Below, piece after piece: positions 40,479 through 50,334 of a stretch of 64,000 nucleotides of DNA. Source of the DNA: Desulfatiglandales bacterium (GTDB lineage: Bacteria; Desulfobacterota; DSM-4660; Desulfatiglandales; Desulfatiglandaceae); assembly GCA_963662465.1 (NCBI GenBank), contig OY759599.1, positions 4,960,001 to 5,024,000 of the forward strand. The letters run 5' to 3'. Within the stretch, counting starts at the first letter, position 1, and the number at the start of each line of letters is the position of its first letter. The translations under genes were made by a program, and so were the position numbers. The notes below the pieces were generated by a model. The model did no database searches and was not told the origin of the DNA. It was given only the letters and a program-made list of their open reading frames with translations.

Positions 40479-40569
40479 TGTTGCTCCTTTATGTCATATT
40501 CCGTCCGGGGAAGAGACGTTTTGCAAGCATGGTTCCCCCCCCCCCGGGCGGAACTAATTGAGCATTCGT

Positions 40570-41757
40570 TTATTTGATGCCGTTGACGGCTCTTGATACA
40601 GCCCAGGACGCCTCGGTATATTTAAACTGAGTGGATGTCCTGTAGGTATCATACTGGAGTCGGTAATCATCAATAAGATGTTCCGTAAAGGGAAGATCGC
40701 ATTTTTCAAAGAATTTTTCCCAGCCGATTCTCTCGGCCCAGTCGCCAATACGCTCATATTTGTTGGCGTCCCCTGCGTAAGCATTAATGATCTGCTTGAC
40801 GTTCTCGCACACCTCAGGGAATCTCGGGAAGGTGTTGGGCAGCGCCGGTACAACCACCTTGGAAAATTTGGGCGGTGAAATCCGGTTGGAAACCTTGCCG
40901 CCCGCCATAATGGTAACACAGTCCCCTTCACTATCCGACAGGGGCAGGGCCATACACATGGTGTAGCAGTTACCGCAGAACATACAACGTTCGCTCTTAA
41001 TCTTGACCGCTTTTTTGCCGGATTCGGTTTTGGCGGGCGAAATAGCGGCTGTGGGGCAAGCCGCAATGACCAGCGGAATTTCGCAGTACTGATCCAAGAC
41101 TTCGGCGTCCACAATCGGCGGTTTCCGGTGATATCCCAGAAGGGCGATATCGGAACAATGCACGGCCCCGCACATATTGAGGCAGCAGGCCATGGACACA
41201 CGGACCTGGGCCGGCAGACTCATGCCCTGGAAATGGTCAAAAAGATCATCCATGACGGCCTTGACCATACTGGAAGCATCCGTAGCAGGCGTATGGCAAT
41301 GAATATAACCCTGAGTATGGATGATATTGGTGACGCCGGCCCCCGTGCCGCCAATGGGGAATTTATAACTGCCGGTAACATGCTTACGGCTCTGAAGGTC
41401 CTTTTTCAGGGCCTCCATTTTGCTCTGGCTGTCCACCATAAATTCCAGGTTATTTCGCGTGGTAAACCGCATGAACCCGTCACAGTGTTTGTCGGCGATT
41501 TCACAGATTTCCCGAACATTTTCAACGCTCATGTAACGGCAACCGCCGCACCGGACGGTAAAGACCTTGTCGCCGCTTTCGGCCACATGCACCAGAATGC
41601 CGGGTTCCAGAATATCGTGGTACAGCCATTTGCCGTAATTATTCTGAATAACCGAAGGAAAATACTGCCAGAAATGCCGAGGACCAAGATCCGTCAGACG
41701 GTTTTCCATGGGTTTTTCAGGATTATATAGTCCTAGTCTTTCTAATGATAATGCCAT
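40570..41757 (-). CDS. dsrB: Dissimilatory sulfite reductase beta subunit
   Basis: [34 protein letters not shown]. Confidence 0.98.
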   Translation of the reverse strand: MALSLERLGLYNPEKPMENRLTDLGPRHFWQYFPSVIQNNYGKWLYHDILEPGILVHVAESGDKVFTVRCGGCRYMSVENVREICEIADKHCDGFMRFTTRNNLEFMVDSQSKMEALKKDLQSRKHVTGSYKFPIGGTGAGVTNIIHTQGYIHCHTPATDASSMVKAVMDDLFDHFQGMSLPAQVRVSMACCLNMCGAVHCSDIALLGYHRKPPIVDAEVLDQYCEIPLVIAACPTAAISPAKTESGKKAVKIKSERCMFCGNCYTMCMALPLSDSEGDCVTIMAGGKVSNRISPPKFSKVVVPALPNTFPRFPEVCENVKQIINAYAGDANKYERIGDWAERIGWEKFFEKCDLPFTEHLIDDYRLQYDTYRTSTQFKYTEASWAVSRAVNGIK

Positions 41758-41769
41758 TATAGATTCCTC

Positions 41770-43188
41770 CTATCTTGCATGTCTGGATCGGTAGTCGTCG
41801 ATATCGCGGTCCCATCCACCGGGCACATCCTCTTCCTTCCAGAAGATGTAGGGGTTGCTTCTCGGCTCTCTCACCATCTGCGGCATGGGCGGAATCTCCA
41901 GGACCTGCAGCAACTTGGCGACACCCTGACGCTGGATCAGCTCGCCCAAACGTTCACGGTTCTTCCCTTCTTCCGGCCACCATTCCCAGATTTTTTCCAC
42001 GATTTCCTTGATATTGTCATAAGGCGCTTCGCATTCCATGAAAGGAATCGTCAGAATACCCATCTGGGCGCCGTCCAAGATGGGGGCTTTGGCGCCGAAC
42101 TGGATGCTGCATCCTGTTTCAACACCGGGTCTCAGGGCTCTCGGCATGACGTTGATGCAATGCATGCAACGGGTGCATTCCTTGTCGTCGATCATGAGTT
42201 TGCCGTCTTCCATCCACATGCAGTTGGTGGGACACAGGTTAATCACTTCTTTTTCAATGTTGAAGGCGCCCCAGTCTTTGCCCGCATGGGCGCCGGCGTT
42301 GGGTGCAATTTCACCACCGATATAGGCCTGTACCGCTTCCTGATCGATCCGAATATTGTCTTTCCATGTACCGATAAAGCTCATATCCGACCGGGCAATG
42401 GAGGCCACGCAACCGTTGGGGCAGCCATCAAATTTAAACTTAAATTTGTAGGGAAAAGCCGGACGGTGCAGCTCATCCTGATAAAAATGGGTCAATTCGT
42501 AACACATGCCCTGGGTGTCAATACAGGAGTATTCACAACGAGCCTTGCCGATACAGCAGGACGGCGTACGAAGATTGGAACCGGAACCGCCCAGATCCTG
42601 CTGAAGGACGTGCCCCAATTCATAAAAAATGGGCTCCAACTGCTCGGTAGTGGTCCCGATGCAGACCATATCGCCCGTGGAACCATGAAAATTCATCAAG
42701 CCGCTGCCCCGATACTCCCAAAGGTCGCAAACACACCGGAGATAATCGCTGGAATAGAACTTACTGGCAGGCTGGTTGATACGCATGGTATGAAAATGCG
42801 CAATAGAAGGGAACCTTTCGGGCAAATCCGAATACCTGCCGATAACGCCGCCGCCGTAACCGAACACGCCCACGATGCCGCCATGTTTCCAGTGGGTTTC
42901 CTTGTCGTCATAGGAAACCTGGAGCTGTCCCATCAGATCCTCGACCACGTCTCGATCGATCAACATGCGGTCATCGGCCAGATTTTTGCGGTGAAGGGCC
43001 TCTCGTTTGGAATCCGCTACAAAACTCGGCCAGGGACCTTTTTCCAGTTCGTCCAGATCGGGGATGTCATGTTTGCATTTATATGCCTTGAGTTCATCCT
43101 CCGTATAGTTGTTCAGCTCCTCATCCGTGTAGATGCGAAGCTCGTCGTACTTCAATACTTTTTGTTCTTCGTTGGGTTCAAAAGCCAT
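41770..43188 (-). CDS. dsrA: Dissimilatory sulfite reductase alpha subunit
   Basis: GPWPSFV, THWKHGGIVGVFGYGGG, KFDGCPNGC. Confidence 0.98.
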   Translation of the reverse strand: MAFEPNEEQKVLKYDELRIYTDEELNNYTEDELKAYKCKHDIPDLDELEKGPWPSFVADSKREALHRKNLADDRMLIDRDVVEDLMGQLQVSYDDKETHWKHGGIVGVFGYGGGVIGRYSDLPERFPSIAHFHTMRINQPASKFYSSDYLRCVCDLWEYRGSGLMNFHGSTGDMVCIGTTTEQLEPIFYELGHVLQQDLGGSGSNLRTPSCCIGKARCEYSCIDTQGMCYELTHFYQDELHRPAFPYKFKFKFDGCPNGCVASIARSDMSFIGTWKDNIRIDQEAVQAYIGGEIAPNAGAHAGKDWGAFNIEKEVINLCPTNCMWMEDGKLMIDDKECTRCMHCINVMPRALRPGVETGCSIQFGAKAPILDGAQMGILTIPFMECEAPYDNIKEIVEKIWEWWPEEGKNRERLGELIQRQGVAKLLQVLEIPPMPQMVREPRSNPYIFWKEEDVPGGWDRDIDDYRSRHAR

Positions 43189-43566
43189 TAGACTTGCCTC
43201 CTTAAAATGTTATGACATCAAGGTATCGCTAAGGAATTTCTCCTAAAACTAGTGCCGACCGTCACCTCCTCCCCAAATAATTCTGATCCGCGGCAGGGAT
43301 ACTGAAAATATGTTTAACCCTATTTTCCACCGAATCCTGAAATAAACGATCCGATTTCAGTCGCTGCTTGTACAAATACGAATTGACCAATTAATCAGAT
43401 AGTTAATAATCAAAAGGTCGATAGGATGTCAATAAAAAAAAACGGAACGGTTCCATGACTTTTTTGTTGACAATTTTAAGAGACCGTGTTCCTTATTTCG
43501 GCCATGATGGGTTACAATCATAAATCACAACCACTCAAAACCAAATTGATAAAAAGAGACGCTGAT

Positions 43567-44988
43567 ATGCATCCCCGCGTAATTATTGCCGCCCTGAAAG
43601 GCGGATCCGGTAAAACCATTCTTTCCCTGGGCCTTGCCGCAGCCTGGCGGGAAGCAGGCTACATCGTTGCACCTTTTAAAAAAGGACCCGATTTTATTGA
43701 CGCCGGCTGGCTTTCCCTGGCAACGGGAAAGAAATGTTATAACCTGGATCCTTTTCTAATGAATGAAGAACAGATCCTGAACTCCTTTCTGAAACATTCC
43801 GAAAGCGCGGAGATTGCCATTATTGAAGGGAACAGAGGGATCTATGACGGCCTCGACCTCAATGGGTGCTGCAGCACTGCCGAACTGGCCAGACTGCTTA
43901 AAGCGCCGGTGCTGATTGTTTTGGACGTCACCATGACAACGCGTACCATGGCAGCCGTCGTTCAAGGATGCCAGGTATTTGATCCGGACCTGAACATTGC
44001 CGGCGTTATTCTCAACCGAGTGGCCGGGCCCCGACAGAAGAAACTGATTACGGAAGCCATTTGGAAATACTGCGGCATCCCCGTGGTGGGTTCAATTCCA
44101 AAACTTAGGGAACACCCCTTTCCGGAAAGGCATATGGGCCTGGTCCCCCACCAGGAGAGCGACCGGGCGCAAAAAGCCATTTCATGGGCCAAAAAAACCG
44201 TCATGGACAACCTGCAACTGGAACATATCCGGGAAATCGCCGACCGGGCCCCGCAACTGGAGGGAATAACACCCTCCAGTAAACCGGCAACCTTCCCTGA
44301 AAATGAAACCTTACACCCGCGAATTGGTTTTATAAGGGATCAGGCCCTGTGGTTCTATTATCCTGAAAACCTGTCTCAACTTGAGGATCTGGGGGCAGAG
44401 CTGATTGAACTGGACGCCCTTTCATCAACCCGGTTGCCGAAGCTGGATGCGCTCTATATTGGTGGGGGATTTCCCGAAACGCAGGCCCGGGCCCTGGCCG
44501 ATAACGCCTCTTTTCGAAATGCCCTGAAACAGGAAATCGAAGCGGGACTTCCCGTTTATGCCGAGTGTGGCGGGCTCATTTATCTGGGAGAAAGGATTCT
44601 GCTGGATAGCGGGAATTATCCGATGGTCGGAGCGCTTCCCATGGAATTCGTTTTTCAAAAAAAGCCACAGGGGCACGGATATACCGTATTGGAAACCCGC
44701 GGTCAAAATCCCTACTACCCCATTGGGGAAACACTGCGTGGGCACGAATTCCACTATTCAAAAGCCGTGTTTACCGCTTCGAAAGAGCCGGTCCATTTTG
44801 CCTTTAATGTAAAACGAGGTCACGGCATCGACGGTGCAAGAGATGGGATTTGCAAGAAAAATGTATTGGGCACTTATACGCATATTCATGCGGCCGGTCA
44901 GTCCAAGTGGGCTAAAGGCCTTTTCAGGGCAGCTCTCAATCACCAAAAAAAGTGGTCAACGGCCAAAGAAGGGGAAAAGAATATTTGA
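43567..44988 (+). CDS. dsrN: Cobyrinate a,c-diamide synthase-like siroheme amidase
   Basis: GGSGKT, FKKGPDFID, YAECGG, GHEFHYS; dsr context. Confidence 0.88.
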   Translation: MHPRVIIAALKGGSGKTILSLGLAAAWREAGYIVAPFKKGPDFIDAGWLSLATGKKCYNLDPFLMNEEQILNSFLKHSESAEIAIIEGNRGIYDGLDLNGCCSTAELARLLKAPVLIVLDVTMTTRTMAAVVQGCQVFDPDLNIAGVILNRVAGPRQKKLITEAIWKYCGIPVVGSIPKLREHPFPERHMGLVPHQESDRAQKAISWAKKTVMDNLQLEHIREIADRAPQLEGITPSSKPATFPENETLHPRIGFIRDQALWFYYPENLSQLEDLGAELIELDALSSTRLPKLDALYIGGGFPETQARALADNASFRNALKQEIEAGLPVYAECGGLIYLGERILLDSGNYPMVGALPMEFVFQKKPQGHGYTVLETRGQNPYYPIGETLRGHEFHYSKAVFTASKEPVHFAFNVKRGHGIDGARDGICKKNVLGTYTHIHAAGQSKWAKGLFRAALNHQKKWSTAKEGEKNI

Positions 44989-45102
44989 CAACATAAAAAA
45001 TGGGAATTATACTGTTTTGATTGTGTATGGAGATGGACGAAAAAAATTTTCAGACAAGATATCTTGGAGTATCTTAAATTAACAAAGGGAGGTTAATTAG
45101 TT

Positions 45103-45420
45103 ATGCCGACAGTAGAATTTGAGGGAACCAGCTATGACGTTGATGAAGACGGGTTCATTGATGACTTCGCCCACTGGGATGTAGGATGGATGAGTTATGT
45201 AAAGACAAGCGAGGGCATTGACGAGATTACGGACGAACACAAAAAGGTCGTTGATGTTTTACAGGAGTACTACAAGAAAAACGGCATCGCACCCATGGTC
45301 AGAATTCTGTCCAAAGTCACCGGCTACAAACTGAAATATATCTACGAACTGTTCCCTTCAGGACCGGGCAAAGGCGCCTGTAAAATGGCTGGACTTCCCA
45401 AACCGACCGGTTGCGTATAA
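45103..45420 (+). CDS. dsrC: DsrC sulfur carrier
   Basis: C-terminal GACKMAGLPKPTGCV with both Cys. Confidence 0.97.
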   Translation: MPTVEFEGTSYDVDEDGFIDDFAHWDVGWMSYVKTSEGIDEITDEHKKVVDVLQEYYKKNGIAPMVRILSKVTGYKLKYIYELFPSGPGKGACKMAGLPKPTGCV

Positions 45421-45476
45421 CCATTTGGATGGGAATTTTGGAGAATCACTGCATTCCCCGAAAATTAAAAGGCACT

Positions 45477-45526
45477 AAAAAAAAGGCACACAGAAAACAA
45501 TATTCAGTTTTCTTGTGCCTTTTTTC
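45477..45526. terminator. Bidirectional intrinsic terminator
   Basis: A-run, GGCACA...TGTGCC stem, T-run between convergent genes. Confidence 0.7.
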
Positions 45527-45529
45527 CGT

Positions 45530-46336
45530 TTACGTGTAAAGTTTGGGCCGTCGCTGGGACAGGAAATATTTCATTCGATGTTCCCTGATGTTTTTCAGCG
45601 TTTCACCTTTCAGTACCGCGAAAAGGATCTTTTCCCCTTTCCCTTGAAACTGCGCTAACAGTCTTCCATCAGGACCCAACACCAGGGCGACCCCAGGAAA
45701 TGAGAGCCCGGCGCCGTTTTCACCCACCGGATTGCAGGCCACCACAAAAACGCCATTGTCAAAGGCCCTGGCCGAGAGGTGACGCATCCAGCTCTTCATC
45801 TTTTCTTCCGGATCACCCCTGGGAGAAGCATGTGGGAAAAAAAGGATATCCGCCCCCTTGAGTGCCATGGTTGTGCTGATCTCCGGGAAATGGGCATCAT
45901 AACAGAGTTGAATACCAAAGGTCCAACTCCCGCAGGTAAAAACACCAAGCTCTTCCCCTGGGGCATAAACACCTTTCTCAGTGGGGGACAGATGCGTTTT
46001 GCGGTATATGCCAACCAGGCCTTCAGGACCCGCAACCACCTGTGAAACGAAAGGTTTTTCCTGACCCCCATGCTCGATTACACCCACCATCAGCACAATG
46101 CCCATATCCCGGCCCAATCGAATCAAACGATCCAGAATCTTGTCGGTGTCTCCGGCACTGCAATATTTTCCAGGATTTTCCAGGGCATAACCGGTGGCCG
46201 CAAACTCAGGGAAGCAGACCATCCGGGCGCCCTCCTGAGCCGCTGCCGAAGCCATCCCCGCAATCCGGTCCATATTCCCTCGAATATCCCCAAGGACTGA
46301 GTTCATGCAGACAACGGCAATTTTGAGATCCATCAT
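45530..46336 (-). CDS. Nitrilase-family carbon-nitrogen hydrolase
   Basis: FPE, YRKTHL and LCYD catalytic triad motifs. Confidence 0.9.
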   Translation of the reverse strand: MMDLKIAVVCMNSVLGDIRGNMDRIAGMASAAAQEGARMVCFPEFAATGYALENPGKYCSAGDTDKILDRLIRLGRDMGIVLMVGVIEHGGQEKPFVSQVVAGPEGLVGIYRKTHLSPTEKGVYAPGEELGVFTCGSWTFGIQLCYDAHFPEISTTMALKGADILFFPHASPRGDPEEKMKSWMRHLSARAFDNGVFVVACNPVGENGAGLSFPGVALVLGPDGRLLAQFQGKGEKILFAVLKGETLKNIREHRMKYFLSQRRPKLYT

Positions 46337-47394
46337 TTGTTTCGGTTTTCCGGTCTCAAAGCCCTGACGGCTGCCCCGGCCCGCCACATCTCGGAGTCCC
46401 TGATTTCCGAGAGTTCCCGGTCAAGTCCATCCCGATAGTCGTCCCGGCTGTTGGCGTCCAGAACAATCCGGGCTTCCTTTCCGGATTTGACGCTTTCATA
46501 AAGATCGTCAAATACGGGGGCCACGGCCTCTTTGAACTTTCCACGCCAATCCAGGGCGCCCCGCTGGGCTGTGGTGCTGCAGTTTCCGAACATCCAGTCC
46601 ATGCCGTTTTCCGCCACCAGGCGGATAAGGCTCTGGGTCAGCTCTTCAACGGTTTCATTGAAGGCCTCACTGGGGCTGTGCCCATGCTTGCGCAGAAGGT
46701 CATACTGAGCTTCCATGACGCCGGCCAGGCAACCCATCAATACCCCCCGTTCACCGGTCAAATCACTGAACACCTCTTTTTCAAAGGTCGTTGGAAAAAG
46801 ATAACCACTCCCAATGGCCACGCCAAGGGCCAGGGTGCGTTCCCGGGCACGACCCGTATAGTCCTGAAATATGGCAAAACTGGAGTTGATGCCGCTGCCG
46901 GCCAGGAAATTTCTGCGAACGGTTTTGCCGCTTCCCTTTGGGGCCACCAGTATTACATCCACATCCTTGGGGGGGACGATACCCGTCTGGTCCTTGTAAG
47001 TGACCCCAAAACCATGGGAAAAATAAAGCGCATCCCCCGAATTCAAACAGGCCTTAATGCTGGGCCATGTGGCCACCTGGCCGGCATCAGACACCAGATA
47101 CTGAATAACCGTCGCGCGTTTTGCGGCTTCCTCCAGTGAAAACAACGTCTCACCCGGAACAAAGCCATCCTCGATGGCGCGGTTCCAGGAGGGACTCCCA
47201 TCACGCTGCCCCACGATCACCGTAAACCCGTTATCTTTCATATTAAGGGCCTGACCCGGTCCCTGCACGCCGTACCCCAGAACAGCAATGGTTTCATTTT
47301 CCAGGACCTTTTGCGCTTTTTCCAGGCTGAACTCCGCCAAGGTGATCACCTCTTCAATCGTACCGCCAAAATCAATCTGCGCCATTTCTTTCAC
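46333..47394 (-). CDS. ilvC: Ketol-acid reductoisomerase
   Basis: GYGVQG, VAPKGSG, SDLTGERG. Confidence 0.95.
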   Translation of the reverse strand: MKEMAQIDFGGTIEEVITLAEFSLEKAQKVLENETIAVLGYGVQGPGQALNMKDNGFTVIVGQRDGSPSWNRAIEDGFVPGETLFSLEEAAKRATVIQYLVSDAGQVATWPSIKACLNSGDALYFSHGFGVTYKDQTGIVPPKDVDVILVAPKGSGKTVRRNFLAGSGINSSFAIFQDYTGRARERTLALGVAIGSGYLFPTTFEKEVFSDLTGERGVLMGCLAGVMEAQYDLLRKHGHSPSEAFNETVEELTQSLIRLVAENGMDWMFGNCSTTAQRGALDWRGKFKEAVAPVFDDLYESVKSGKEARIVLDANSRDDYRDGLDRELSEIRDSEMWRAGAAVRALRPENRNK

Positions 47395-47397
47395 TCC

Positions 47398-47895
47398 CTA
47401 TTTCTTTTTTTCGCGAGGCAGTGCAATGGTTCCCGTCCTCGCAATTTCTTTAATGCCCATTGGCTTTAAAAGGCCCAGGATCGCATCGATTTTCTCCAGA
47501 TCCCCCGTGACCTCCAAGGTATAGCATTCCGCTCCCACATCCACTACTCTTCCTCTGAAAATGTCAACGATCCTCAGGATTTCAGCCCGATGTCCGTTTT
47601 TGGCGCTTACCTTGATGAGTGCCAGGTCCCGTTGAACAAATGCAGTATCCGCAAAATCCACTACCTTGATAACATTGATCAACTTGTTCAACTGCTTTTT
47701 GATCTGTTCAATCACCACCAGGTCCCCAAGGGTGACCAGTGTAATCCTCGACACCTCTGCTTCCGCGGTTTCAGCCACACAGAGACTTTCAATATTGAAC
47801 CCCCTGCCGCTGAAAAGGCCTACGATACGGGACAAGACCCCCGGTTGATTGTCCACCATCAGCGACAGAATATGTTTTTCCGACTTATCATTCAT
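47398..47895 (-). CDS. ilvN: Acetolactate synthase small subunit
   Basis: NQPGVLSRIVGLFSGRGFNIESL ACT domain. Confidence 0.95.
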   Translation of the reverse strand: MNDKSEKHILSLMVDNQPGVLSRIVGLFSGRGFNIESLCVAETAEAEVSRITLVTLGDLVVIEQIKKQLNKLINVIKVVDFADTAFVQRDLALIKVSAKNGHRAEILRIVDIFRGRVVDVGAECYTLEVTGDLEKIDAILGLLKPMGIKEIARTGTIALPREKKK

Positions 47896-47947
47896 GTATT
47901 CTCCCCCACCTGCTAACAGCTAATCGCTAACGGCTAACAGCTTCCTT

Positions 47948-49633
47948 TCAAACCAGCAACATTTCAGTAATAGGCGCACCCGCCGGAACCATTGGATAAA
48001 CATTTTCCTCTCTTTCCACCCTGAACTCCATAATCACGGTCCTGCCGGTGGAAAGCCCCTCACGAAGCACGGGTTCAACCTCCTCAGGCCGCGTGGCGCG
48101 CAATCCCACGGCGCCATAGGCCTCCGCCAGCTTGAGGAAATCGGGGGCATGTTCCATGGGAGTGCCCGCATAGCATTTATCATAAAAGAGTTCCTGCCAC
48201 TGCCGCACCATACCCAGGTACTGATTGTTCAGAATTACCACCTTGATGGGCAACCCGTACTGAACGGCGGTTGCCAGTTCCTGGATATTCATCTGAATGC
48301 TGCCGTCGCCGGCAATGTCCACCACCAGCTTGTCCGGACAGGCCATTTGCGCGCCAATGGCGGCCGGCAACCCGAAACCCATACAGCCAAGGCCCCCCGA
48401 GGTAATAAAACAGTTGGGCCGGTCAAAATGGTAGTACTGGGCCGCCCACATCTGATTCTGCCCCACTTCGGTGGTGATGATGGCCTCGCCTTTTGTGAGC
48501 CGGTACAGCGTCTCCACCACATATTGAGGTTTAATCACCTCCTGCTGGTGGTATTCCAGTTTTTTGGTGCTTTTCCATTCCTCAATCTCATCAAACCAAC
48601 GCTTACGCGAACCGTTGAAAACACCTCCCACCTGGGCGGTTACCAGTTCATTCAGCATTTCCAGCGTTTGCCGGCAATCCCCCACCACGGGAATGGCCAC
48701 CGGAATGTTTTTTCGAATGGATGTGGGATCAATATCAATGTGTACAATTTTGGCTTTCGGCGCAAAGGCGTCTATCTTTCCGGTCACCCGGTCATCAAAA
48801 CGGACGCCAATGGCAATCATCAAGTCGCAGTTGCCGGAAGCCATATTGGCCCGATAAGTGCCGTGCATACCAATCATGCCCAGCCATTTCGGCGTACCGG
48901 TGGGAAATCCGCCCAGTCCCATCAACGTAGTGGTCACCGGGGATTCAATGGCTTCGGCAAATTTTCGCAATTCATCCGCCGCCTTTGAAAGGATAACGCC
49001 GCCGCCTGCCAGGATCAAAGGCTTTTTGGCCTTTTTGATCAGCTCAACCACCTTGCCCAACTGCCTGACGTTGGGCTTGTAGTTGGGCTGATAAGACTTC
49101 AGGTGAACCGCTTTGACCGGTTTCAATTTCGTTGTGCAGGACATCATGTCCTTAGGAAGATCCACCAGGACCGGCCCCGGTCGACCACTCCTGGCAATAT
49201 GGAACGCCTCCCGAATCGTTTGCTCAAGGTCCTCGATCTTTGTAATCAGATAATTGTGCTTGGTGCAGGGCCGGGTAATCCCGACAATATCCACCTCCTG
49301 AAAGGCGTCATTGCCAATCAACCCGGTGGGCACCTGTCCCGTAAAAATGACAATGGGGATTGAATCCGCGTAAGCCGCAGCAATACCGCTGACCGTATTG
49401 GTAGCTCCCGGGCCGGATGTGACCAGACAAACCCCCACCTCCCCCGAAGCCCTGGCATATCCATCCGCCGCATGGACCGCCCCCTGCTCATGGCGCACCA
49501 GGATATGCTTGAAATCCGTCTTGCTCAATGCATCATATATGTCGATGACGGCCGCCCCGGGATAACCGAAAATGGTACTCACCCCTTCATCTTTCAGGAC
49601 TTTCAGCAATATTTCAGTTCCTGTTCGTTTAAT
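47948..49633 (-). CDS. ilvB: Acetolactate synthase large subunit, probable ATT start
   Basis: FGYPG, RHEQGA, TSGPGATN, GDGS...NN. Confidence 0.93.
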   Translation of the reverse strand: MKRTGTEILLKVLKDEGVSTIFGYPGAAVIDIYDALSKTDFKHILVRHEQGAVHAADGYARASGEVGVCLVTSGPGATNTVSGIAAAYADSIPIVIFTGQVPTGLIGNDAFQEVDIVGITRPCTKHNYLITKIEDLEQTIREAFHIARSGRPGPVLVDLPKDMMSCTTKLKPVKAVHLKSYQPNYKPNVRQLGKVVELIKKAKKPLILAGGGVILSKAADELRKFAEAIESPVTTTLMGLGGFPTGTPKWLGMIGMHGTYRANMASGNCDLMIAIGVRFDDRVTGKIDAFAPKAKIVHIDIDPTSIRKNIPVAIPVVGDCRQTLEMLNELVTAQVGGVFNGSRKRWFDEIEEWKSTKKLEYHQQEVIKPQYVVETLYRLTKGEAIITTEVGQNQMWAAQYYHFDRPNCFITSGGLGCMGFGLPAAIGAQMACPDKLVVDIAGDGSIQMNIQELATAVQYGLPIKVVILNNQYLGMVRQWQELFYDKCYAGTPMEHAPDFLKLAEAYGAVGLRATRPEEVEPVLREGLSTGRTVIMEFRVEREENVYPMVPAGAPITEMLLV

Positions 49634-49744
49634 AACAACACCCCCTTTTTATCAGTGGTCAGAGATCAGAGGTCAGAAGTCAGTGGCCTCAAAAATCGAA
49701 CCACCCTTTTCTCCAGGAAAATCGATACACAAACCCATGGGAAA

Positions 49745-50245
49745 TTATTTCGAATCCATGGTCGATTTCTTAATGTAATTAACCAAGCCGCCACATTCCA
49801 CAATCTTCTGCATAAAGGACGGCAGGGGCATGGCCTTTATGACCTGGCCGCTTTCTTCACTTCGAATTTCCCCTGAAGCAAGATCGATGCTGACAAGGTC
49901 GCCTTCCGCCATGAGATCAAAGGCGTCCGGCGCTTCCAGAATAGGGAGACCGATGTTAAACGCATTTCGATAAAATATTCTGGCAAAACTTTTGGCGATA
50001 ATACAGTCAATACCCGCCGCCTTTATGGCAATGGGCGCATGTTCCCTGCTGGATCCACAACCGAAATTTTCACCGGCAACCATGATATCGCCTGATTTTA
50101 CCCGTGTGGCGAAATCTGGTCTCAGATCCGCAAAACAGTTTTTTGCCAGTTCGTTTTTGTCCGATACATTCAAAAACCTGGCCGGAATAATCAAATCCGT
50201 ATCGATATGATCCCCAAACTTCCAGACGCTGCCTTTCAATTTCAT
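49745..50245 (-). CDS. leuD: 3-isopropylmalate dehydratase small subunit
   Basis: IDTDLIIP, NFGCGSSREHA. Confidence 0.95.
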   Translation of the reverse strand: MKLKGSVWKFGDHIDTDLIIPARFLNVSDKNELAKNCFADLRPDFATRVKSGDIMVAGENFGCGSSREHAPIAIKAAGIDCIIAKSFARIFYRNAFNIGLPILEAPDAFDLMAEGDLVSIDLASGEIRSEESGQVIKAMPLPSFMQKIVECGGLVNYIKKSTMDSK

Positions 50246-50246
50246 A

Positions 50247-50313
50247 TTAGTCCCTTATTTCCAAAAAACCTGTCACAAAAAACAGGAAAGTCATTGACAG
50301 AACAACTTAAAAC
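50247..50313 (-). repeat. Dispersed 67-bp intergenic repeat, copy 2
   Basis: Matches 19231-19297. Confidence 0.8.
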
Positions 50314-50334
50314 TTAAAACCTAAAACTTCGATA

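Noticed and set aside
41779..43191. 470-aa plus-strand ORF
   Set aside because: Codon-register antisense shadow of dsrA with no recognisable motifs.
43367..43384. Possible Rex operator upstream of dsrA (TTGTACAAATACGAA)
   Set aside because: Spacing and sequence do not fit the 18-bp TTGTGAA-N4-TTCACAA pattern.
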